DNA from: Klebsormidium nitens | Taxonomy: Eukaryota; Plantae; Klebsormidiophyceae | NCBI GenBank assembly: GCA_000708835.1 | Contig: DF237183.1 | Coordinates: forward strand, 62,001-126,000 | Direction: 5' to 3' | Length of the DNA: 64,000 nt | In this document: positions 1 to 9,700 of the stretch, piece by piece | Layout: each line of letters opens with the position of its first letter | How positions within the stretch are numbered: position 1 is the first letter of the stretch | Made by a program: the position numbers and the translations under genes | Notes under the pieces: generated by a model | Seen by the model: only the letters and a program-made list of their open reading frames with translations | What the model was told of the DNA's origin: nothing | The model's database searches: none

Positions 1-602
1 CCCAAACATGCACGGTCTGGACTCTTCGTTTTGAAGGTTTGATTTTAGACGGGTCGCAGATTTCTGATATCGAGATTTTGGTCTCCGCTTGTCGGTTTTG
101 ACGAGGAGCCTACTGGGGTTGGAGGAGGCCTCTCGTGACTCAGGCTAGCAAGCCTTTGCGAAACATCTTCCAAGAGTGTTGTGCAAAAGGTTTGCGTCGA
201 CCCCCTGTTTGACGTGAAGTCAGAAGTAGCTGGTAGGAACTGTCTGCTTGAGACTCGATTGGCGCCTGCTGAAATGGAGTGGGCTTCATTAGCACAGAAG
301 TCCACAACGGCGATGGCTCCGTGCCTACCCGATGCTTTCGGCCGGAACTACGGCGGCTTTCCGGAGGGCTAACCTAAAAGTTAGCTGGCGGGTTTCGTCT
401 TGACTTCGGTCTGCATCGGGGTGGACAATCACTTGTATGTCCTCCTGAAAGTTTTGCAGACATAGCAGTTGTTTCAAGAGGTTGACCTGGAGTCGCGGAA
501 CGGAATAGTTGTAATTTTATAACCCAGTATCGGGAGCTGGGGTGCATCAGGAACCCTGCTTTCGAGACTCGAAGGGCTGACGCGTGTGGCCATGTTTCGC
601 AG

Positions 603-710
603 GGCATGATGGGCAAGCGCGACCGGCTGCCGACCATCGTGATCGTGTGGACGGTGCTCATCGTGGTGACGGTCTCGCTCGTGTGGAGCGCGTTCTTCGG
701 AGGGTATTAG
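603..710 (+). CDS. Terminal exon of an upstream gene whose other exons were not identified; C-terminal transmembrane helix
   Basis: Acceptor tttcgcag at 601-602, then GC3-rich codons reading GMMGKRDRLPTIVIVWTVLIVVTVSLVWSAFFGGY* (36 codons, TAG at 708-710). Phase 0 is assumed and the family is not recognised. Confidence 0.6.
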   Translation, partial: GMMGKRDRLPTIVIVWTVLIVVTVSLVWSAFFGGY

Positions 711-1037
711 GAGGCGCACTCGGGCCGCGCGTTCCTTTTTGTGGCTGGTAGCGAGAGCAAAAGGTGCTGGCTCATTTGTTCGTAGCGTAGTTCTAAAATT
801 AGTTGCGAGACTGACCTGATCATTTGTTGGGCACACGCAGAATGCTGTTGATAGCTCTACATTTGAGTGTAGATTGAAGGAAGGATGCTGAGCGAAGTTG
901 CTTCTTGAACGGGGCTCAGAGTGTGCATAGCGCATTCAGCCCCCTGAAGCTAAGGTGTTGTGGACCTCCAAATCGCCCGCGCGCACTTTTTTTGTGCCAA
1001 TGTTTGAATGCAGACCTAGTACGTTGGCAGGTTGAAT

Positions 1038-1571
1038 TCAATATACGATGCTGAGTTTATGCTGGAGAACTTCGCAACCCCTTCGCAACTCGTAACCGAC
1101 TATGACAATTATGAAAATATGAAGGCCCGATGATACCGAAATCGAATGTGCAGTCACTTGCATCTTTCCACCTTCAAGACCATTGAAAGGGAATTGAAAG
1201 AAAGATGGTTGCAACTCGTTGGTCATTGAAAAGTCAGGCTCACAGCTGTTTAACAACAGATGGAGAAAGTCATTAGTAGTCATCATTGCCCGTAATACAT
1301 CATACGTCACCCTCTGCAATTCAAGATCGATGGATCTTTCAAAGCAGATGATGATCGAGCTAGATATCCAAGCACCATTCTCTGGAGGCTTCATCAGACT
1401 TTCCTTGTCCGTTCCATTTAAGAACAGGTCAAGAAAGGCCCTTGTCATCACGGGCATCACACATCCATGCGAAATCTCAAAATATGCAGAGCATATGGAG
1501 GCGCGCAACCAGTGCCAAGCGAAGCTTCTTGACAAGGAAGAGGACACCAATGTGTGCAATGCATCTGGCAC
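1038..1571 (-). pseudogene. Intronless 177-codon ORF, possibly a Ulp1/C48 protease-like fragment of transposon origin
   Basis: Motif order WISSSII...TNDFLHLL...FQFPFN...LHIFIIVIV loosely follows Ulp1 (WLNDEII...F.PIN...HW.L.V). No Q..DCG catalytic Cys segment is present. Weak resemblance only. Confidence 0.25.
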
Positions 1572-1726
1572 TTCGGTCTATGCTTGGCTCGGAATTAGTC
1601 GAGTCGGAGCTTGTTCTGCGCCCGATCGGTGGCCGCGGGCACCCATCTAGTATGATCTACAGCCTGCTAACCTGCAGTAGGAACCTACGGTATATAGGTT
1701 CCTAGCTAGGGCGTCCCGACTGCCCC

Positions 1727-1806
1727 CACGTGGCTCTTCGACTGAACACTCGTCGGGTACGTGTGTTCTTTGTCATCATCTTGAAAGCTAGTTGAAGCAA
1801 CGTGTC
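1727..1806 (+). promoter_or_regulatory. Cluster of ABRE/G-box-like motifs upstream of the AWPM-19 gene
   Basis: CACGTGGC at 1727-1734, ACGTGTG at 1759-1765 and ACGTGTC at 1800-1806, about 0.8 kb before the ATG at 2600. Confidence 0.35.
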
Positions 1807-2599
1807 GCTTCTCGCGGGCTTCTCGCTGCATGACGCGCTGCTGAACTTCCCGAGTTGTGACCCAAAAATATTGGTTTGTGGGCGACGGACGGAGGGGAGC
1901 CTCGGCTAGGTGGTCGCTTAGACGAGCGGTCCTCCCATGCACACTCGTGAGTATCACAGGCCCGGCGGCTCGGGTCAAGTTTTGCGCCGACGGATTCGCA
2001 ATAGCCTGACTTCGTTACAAGTTGTTTTATCAACGGTTCTGCTGAATCATGTGATTCATCCTGCGGTCTTCGTGCTGCCAGCTTGTTGTCGTCGAGTTGC
2101 AAAATGTGAGTTCCGCTTCGGTGCGCCAGTTGGCAAGCAGCCGCGCAAGCCAACTGTCGGTCTGTTTGTACTGACAACTGCGCAGTCTGCCAGACTGGCA
2201 ACTTGGCAAGCACGCCTTGACCGCCAGGCTGGCGCCTTTCCAGCCCCTTGACGACAGCGGCCAATGAAACTGCGCCACTTCGGGCGACTGGGGATCTGCT
2301 CAATCTCCGCCTCAGGGAGAGGGAGTCCTCTGCTGGTGACACGGCCAGCGTCTACATGCAGAAAGATGTGCACACACTCCCATCCTAGACTGCAATGCAG
2401 GACTGGACGCAGGTTCCAACGAAGTCGTCCCTCCAAGCAGCGGCAGAAGTTCTAGCTCAGCGCTGAGGAGTTCATAAACCACGAAGGGCCAGCTTCAGTA
2501 GTCATTTCGCAAACGCGTCTCCTTGTTCCTAAGTTGTAAGCAGCTCGCGTATACCCTCAAGAACGGACTGTCCCTAGCGATACAGTGGTAATTTTTGCA

Positions 2600-4531
2600 A
2601 TGGCAGGTGGCAAGTTTGCGCGCGCTGGCGTGCTGGCGCCTTTGGCGTTGCTGACTTTCCTGATTGCGGCGGCGCTGGTTGTGATTGCGTCGATCATCCT
2701 CGACAAGATCATTGACAACGAGCCCAATGAGCAGGGATGTAAGTGTTGATCACTCAATAGTCAGCTGGTTTGATTGATGTTGCAGATGCAATGTCTCAAG
2801 TTCCTTGTCATATGAGCTGAAATGTCCGAGACTTGAGAGCCTGCAAGTTGTGCGATCTCATCATCGTTGCTCCTAGTTCACATACTTTGCGGTGTGCTAT
2901 GTCATGGAAAATACAGTTTTCTTTTGCTGTTCTGCTTTTGGATACTAATTCCAGCGGAAAAGAGCCTACTCGAGTTGATTATGCGAGTTTGCATGCGCAC
3001 ACGGATTTCCATGGCTTGAGATAATGGGAGGCATTTAAGCACCTGCAACCTATTTGTCTACCTGGGGCATACCTGAGGTATGCATTTTTTGAAAGCTGGG
3101 GCTTATGTTGTACTAGAATCGTCCTTTGTTCATCATCTGTGTCCTTTCGTGTAGTTGATGGTTGCAGATAAGTAGCACCGACTCTATGTAGCCGCTTCAA
3201 CGCAGGCTTCCAGTCTACTATCCATGCCTTAGCTCGTAACTGTTTGTTTCTATCGTTGCCTTGATCAATAGTCAAGGCAACCAGCAAAGGGTTATGAAGA
3301 GTGAGCAAAAAGGTACATTTCGGCATTTTTCATTTGTTTCTCAACCTCATTACTCTCACGTTTGCCTTTTGCAGCTGGCTATAACCGTGTGAGCCCTGCT
3401 CTCCAGTGGCTCATGATCCTAGCGTGCGCAGCCGCTTTCACTGCTGCATGGACAACCTTCTGGCACACCAAGACCTACCGCGCCAGCACTCGTTACACCA
3501 GTGGCTCTCACTCATGGCTGGCATTCTTCCTTACCTGCATTCCCGCCGGGTACGTGATCTAATCTGGCCTTTTGAGTTGATTTGGGAGTTTACTTTGTCG
3601 TTTGTGCACTCGTCTGCTTTCCTAGCAACGAATATGCAGTTCACATGAGACTGACTAACTTACGTACATGATTTTTCTTACACCAATATACCAAAGAGGT
3701 ATATACATACTTAACCGTTTCTTTCACAAGCACGTTTCCTTGAAAAGTACGTTTCGTTTCCACTTATACTTGGGCTAATTCTGTGTGAATAAGTTGATGG
3801 CAGAAGAGTTGCATATATCTTGGTCTCACAACATCAGCAAGAAGCAGAAGACATAGGGGTTGGACCTGTTGACATAGGGGTTGGACCTGTTGAATACCGT
3901 TTGACGAAAATCTGTTCCATTGCAGGTTGGCATTCAAGGCAATCACCATCGGAGGGTTGGACGCCTTGAATGTAAGACTCCTTTCCCAGACTGTTGCTTC
4001 CCAAAACTGTTGCCTCTTCGATGTTACAAGAATGTACCGCAAAGCATCATAGTCAAATCTTACCGACACAAACTGCTCGTTCAAAACAGGCTGTACAAAT
4101 CTTCGAACATGAATCTGTGCATTCTTTTTAACAGCAAATCGGATATGCCACAAAAAACGGAATTGTGAACTTGAATTGTGCACAAAATCCGGCGATAACT
4201 CTTGAAAAAATTTCCAAACCTCCCAATCTGATCGGAGGAAAGCGTGACACTGTCTAGGGGATAATTGTTCATTGCAAACTTTCCCTGAAAAACCGCTTTC
4301 TACGTGCAGTGGGTGGCCATCATCCTGACCTGGAGCATGTGGCTGTGCCTGCTCCTCCTCGCTTTGTTCCTGCACGGACCTTTGAACGATCCTGAGCCCC
4401 AGCACTACCATCACCACCGTTCTCATGACCACACCCTGCCCGCCGGAACCGTTGAAGAGAAGGGTCTGCCCTACAACACCTCGCCCGCTGGAGCTGTCGG
4501 TTACAACAGGAGCGCAAACAGCGTAGTGTAA
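2600..4531 (+). CDS. AWPM-19: AWPM-19-family four-TM plasma membrane protein
   Basis: Exons 2600-2738, 3375-3549, 3926-3971 and 4310-4531, all GT-AG and frame-consistent. Product MAGGKFARAGVLAPLALL...NRVSPALQWLMILAC...GLAFKAITIGG...IILTW...LHG matches the AWPM-19 pattern (APLL.LN; N.AT.FF; GLACK.I.IGG; IILT...LHAG). Confidence 0.85.
3850..3891. repeat. Perfect 2 x 21-bp tandem duplication in AWPM-19 intron 2
   Basis: gacataggggttggacctgtt twice in a row. Confidence 0.9.
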
Positions 4532-4789
4532 ATGAGAGAGTTGAAATCTGCTCGCATTTGGTAGGGGAGAGACGCACGCGTAGGCTGTGAACAAGTGTTG
4601 TATTGTACGTTGTAAAGTATTTTGGACTGGTGCGTAGTGAAACAGTGACTGTGGTGCCGCAACTGGCATCGGAACATTGAAAGGATCTGAACATTCAGCA
4701 GAGTTTGAACGTGACTTCGAGCCGGTGAACAGTGTACTTTTCCCATTTAGTAAGACGAACGTCAACACATCCAACATCCAAATGCATTT

Positions 4790-5400
4790 TCACAACTCAT
4801 CTGACCCCTTATATGAGCTTCTACAACGTACCTGTTTATTTCCAATTTCGATATTTGTTTGATGCTTTCTGTAAAAACTGGATACTTAGAAGGTGATCAA
4901 CAATGCAAAGGTTGATGAATGGCATATTAACAGATGAAATTATTCGGATTTATTACAACTTGAATTATCCTAACACGAAAACAGACTTATTGCTAATTTA
5001 TTCGATAAATGAATTGGATCGAGAAGAGTGTAAGCAGCAGCAAAACTGAATTATCAAAATTTGTCACGAATAAAACTTGGAGGGATACGTTCAAAACAGG
5101 AAGAAATGTTAACAACGTAACTCAATTACCTGTTATACCATTCGATCGACTATGTGATAATGTAATCGATCAAAACATCTCGTCGATAACCCGAATATAT
5201 ATGAAATACTTTCAATTTAACCTACGGCAGGTTCGCCACGCACATAAAAATGCCTAACAATTATGCCCTTGAAAGCGCAGAAATGTGTCGAGGCATAAAA
5301 CTATTACAGAGTAATTGAACTGACGTGTCAACATACAGCTGTAACCCTCATAAACACTTCTATGTTGCAAATACCCTCCAGTTGAAAGGTGCACGTCTCG
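4790..5400. other. AT-rich island with interrupted + strand reading frames
   Basis: About 28% GC in the 4921-4980 line, against visibly GC-richer flanks. Broken ORFs read MQRLMNGILTDEIIRIYYNLNYPN... and 5009-5257. Confidence 0.4.
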
Positions 5401-6748
5401 TGACAATCGTCTCTCCGTTCAAGATGGACTGCTGGAAACTTGTCCAGAACTCACTGCCTTACTACTGATTGCTGCCGATTATATAACGAGCTATCCCCTC
5501 ATTGAATTGCGGCTTCGTCTCACCGTCACCCTGCCTTTTCCAACCCATGCGCCATACACCTTAGTGAAGACACGGTTAGAATAAGCCATGCAGAAATCGT
5601 AAATTAAACTTGCGCGGCTCTTTTGCGAGCCGCCTTGAACAAGCCTGAGAACAAGCAAGAAATCGTCGGAAACTTTCTCAGAGCTCTTTCGCAAGCCGCC
5701 ATCAGCTCCGCTTGATTGTCTTGGAGAGGGCCAAAAGGGGCTACATGCAGGCTGGATGTTACTTTCGTCCCGAGCTAGTCGATCCACCTGGAGTTCCACC
5801 TCGGTTTGCTTTTGAATGATAGTAGACTCCCTGCATGATATGCCGGAACGCGTCAACCTAGGGAGCCTGCCTGACTACGAAAAGCTGGAAAGGTGACAAT
5901 TCCTATCACACATCTAAGCGGGGCCGCAGTCTGACGTGAATCTTTAGTGCTTAAGAGCCTCGTGCCTCCCTCGTGCTGGCAGGTTGCCAGGCCCCGTCGT
6001 GAACCATGCGAGATTTACGAACAGTCCCATTGGAACAGTATGCATGCTTCGATTGGAACGTAGGCGGGCCGCGTTGTAATTTTGAGGCCTTAGTATCGTG
6101 CGGGTCATGCATGTAAATCATTAAGTGCAATAAGGTGCGAACATTGTTCTTTATGACGCAAGCGAAGACGCCGTCAACCAGGCGCTTTGCATGCGGGCCG
6201 CAGCTTAATCGGCAACATGAGGCCCGATCAAAAAAATGCTCGTGTCGGGCGGCCGGCTTCGAGTCCTCGATCTGCATGCATGCAATTGGAAGCGCCGGGG
6301 GCCGAACTTGGAGGGCTTGCAGAATATTGCAAAATATTAACTTACATACCTGCTTACCGACAAGAGGCACGCGCGCTGCACCGTACTAGCTCCATGCATG
6401 CTTGGTAAATGTGCATGGCAGCTAGCGGCCACCCATGCCATGCAATTTGCATATCCAGTTTCAGGGTCTGCTGCATTCGATAGAGTTGCGAGTTCATGTC
6501 GGTTTCTGTGAGTATATAAATAAGTTAGATTGGAATGGGGTACCTTGCTTTCCACCATGGACATGCATGGTGGCTTCTATAGCACAGGTTGAAACAAGTT
6601 ATACCTTACATGACCATAACGACTGAGCTACCATCAAAAGTCTACTCTTTATTCTATGTATGTAATATTTGCAGGCCGCGGACACAACATGCTTGTTCTT
6701 TATTTCAACCTACAGCAACACGCTGAGCCGGTGCGCCTCAAAAGCACC

Positions 6749-9700
6749 TTACTCGGCTTTCGAAATCGAAGGTCTCCGTAGGCTTGACCAATTCCCCTCT
6801 GTCGCGCTTATCGTCTCAACAATGTTCTTAAATTCGGCATAGCTGATCTTCCCATCTGCATCCAAATCTCCCTCCTCGAAGATATCATCGACCGACCCCT
6901 TTATCCCCAGCTCCTTCCGGATCTCTTCCGGTTCCAGGTATCCGTTTTGGTCCTTATCCAGATACTCGAACGCTTTCCGCACACGCCGCTCGAACGCTTT
7001 AGCGTCCGCCTCCTCTAGTTGGTGAACATGCATCGCCGCCGACACAAACTCTCGGAAGTCAATCACGCCGTTCTTATCCGTGTCCAACTGCAGAGTACGG
7101 CACAGCAGCGACGTCAGCAAAGCGATGCTGTAGTGCCAGCCTGACGTCACGCGCATGGAAGCGCAGTCCGACTAGAACATGTTTCAAGCAGCTTCGGGTT
7201 CCATAACACTCGGTCGTCCCAGAGAAAAGGCGCGGATGTGAAGAGAGACAGAGGCCTCCAAGAACTTCAGTCAGGGATTGGGAAAGTGGTCTTGAGATGT
7301 TTGGCGAGGCTACAGGGCAACACCCAAATACAATCTCGACCGGAAGGGCCACAAACGCAAGCTGAGCGGCGACCAAGCAAAGTGCACTTCGTCAACACAA
7401 GTCTCTGAGTATTCTGAGGTTGCCGCCTGTAAGACGAGACTATTGGTCTTTGCTGTCTTCGCTGAGACAGCGAAAGGCTGAGCGGAATGCGCTTGATAAG
7501 GACGTCGGTGTGACCGCATCTTTCAGAGCCGCAACGAAATACGAGTAAGCACGTCGACTAGTGCCGCACAACCCGCACATAGTGGCCGAAGTTTTGAATC
7601 GAGATGAGCGAAGAAACACTTTGGCGCTCACCCCCGTAAGCCGATCGAGCAGTGTGGAGTCTTTCCGCTGAAGGATCTTGTAGGGCTTGTTTTTCACTAG
7701 CACCTGAAAAAGGAGACTTACAGTGAGCAAACGCAAACGAAAATTCTCGTATCGGAACAAAAGCACAGTATCTTCTCCTCGGAAGCCCTCTCTCAAGTAG
7801 AGATGCGCAAGCTGCATTGGAGCCTTTAGCACGGGCAAGCCTTGCGTTTGCAAAAGCGGACTCTGAAGCCGGATCATGAAGGGTCAATCGGCGTTATCAG
7901 GTTTCAAAAAACAACCTTCATAAGAGAAGATACGCTCGTACCAACATTCAGCAGCAGCCAACGACCCTGAGATAGATGATGCTACGCTACACGTTTCATC
8001 AGCGAAGTGGCTTTGGAGTCTGCACGAGCATCTCAGCACGTTGCAGAAGCCCAACGACTTGATAACACGAACAGACGCAGACAAGTAGCAGCGAATCCGT
8101 GACTCAAGAGCACGAGCAGTAGCAATGCAGGGATCCACCTAAGTACAGTTGCGAAACAAACACGCGTGGATGCAAGCCAGTGGCTTAGACACCCGAGCAG
8201 AAGTAACATAGGGCAGCACTCACTGGCTACAACGTGACCAGAAACAGACACGCTGCGATGAGCCAATGTGCTGGATAAACGAGCACAAGTGAACACGTGG
8301 CAGCAAGCCAGTGCTTCCAAAAACGAGGAGAACAAACACGTGGCGGCAGCCAATCGACTCACCTTTTTCAGCTCCTCTATCGTGATGGTCCCCCGCTGCT
8401 CTAGATCGATCGCTTCGAATTGGTCCTTCAAGTCCACCAACTCATCGTCTTCCAAAGTTGTCGCCAGCGCCTGCAAAAAGTCCGGGTTAGGAGTTACTTC
8501 AGGTAACGAAAAGATAGGTCAGGTCGCACATGGCTTCTTCTGCCATCATTCTTGAACCACTTTTCGGTTGAATCGGCTTACGTCTGCAATACAAGCTAAA
8601 GGGCGCTAAAGACAAAGCGGTCCTTTTGCATTTGTCCGCCAGCGGCTGCGACAAGAGGTCAGCGTGTTCATCGGGACAAAAACGTTGACCACTATCCAGG
8701 CAACATCAATTTAGTGTTGACTACGAGCTTTCCAACTGACGGCACGGGACCGAAGGAACTCATAGAATCAAGCTCTGAGTGTCAGCCAAGTTGATGACAA
8801 AACGACGGCGATCGTGGGCAACAAACAACCGTTCCGCCATCTAATCCAAAACTGGAAGGTTTTCCTCGCGAACTTTGGAGGAAGAAAGGATTTGGAAAGG
8901 GGCGACGCCTGACCCGCATGGCGAGCTGCTTGAGCCGGCTGTAGCGCACAAAGGAGCGCAGATTGCTCAGCACGGAGATGTCCAGCGGAATGTCGCTCGC
9001 CTTGCCGTTCACGCGCACCCACGGATGTGCTGCAGGGGAAAAATGAAGTCGTGTTAAGAACGACGATAACGCAGCTTTTCGGGATCCGGAACAGAGCGTT
9101 ATAAAGTTCACTGCAAACGACAACCCCGAGTGAGGGCATGCTTTGAAACTCCAACTGACACTATTGAGTTGTCAACAGTCGCGCTGCGCCAGATGATTGT
9201 ATAATGGGAGGCAGGATCTGAAAACCGGTCGAGGTCCGGACATGAGAAGAATGCATCGTCTTCAGTGGTGCTAAGAAAACCTCTGCCGAGTTCTCAGGTT
9301 ACAGGCAACTTGCCCTGGTTTTAAGCTGTCAGCTTGTTACTGATTCATCTAGGATTTAGGTCGGTGCCTTGGAGGCATCAAAAGTCCAAGTCTGTGGGAT
9401 AATTGCTGCAATGTCAGGAGGTAATTCAAACGCTGGACGAGAGACTGTGGACTTCTATGATTCAGGACCAAAAGCTGTGCAACTTCAAAGCGACAGTGCT
9501 TCTGTGCAGCTCAGCCTTAGCGCTACGGAGGAGAGATCAAAGCCGTAACGACGTGTTCTTTTATCAGACTCGACCTGCTAAAAGCGAACTCGACGAAGCA
9601 GGCGGTAAGATCGGCGAGGTCTGGTTGCCCCTTGAAGCAGCAAGTGGCGAATGTCGCCAGAAGCGGAGCAATCCCTATTGTCGAGAACAACTCAGTACTC

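Noticed and set aside
3764-4777. 337-aa minus-strand ORF
   Set aside because: It runs antisense across AWPM-19 exons, introns and a tandem repeat, has no recognisable motif, and is best explained as a chance stop-free frame.
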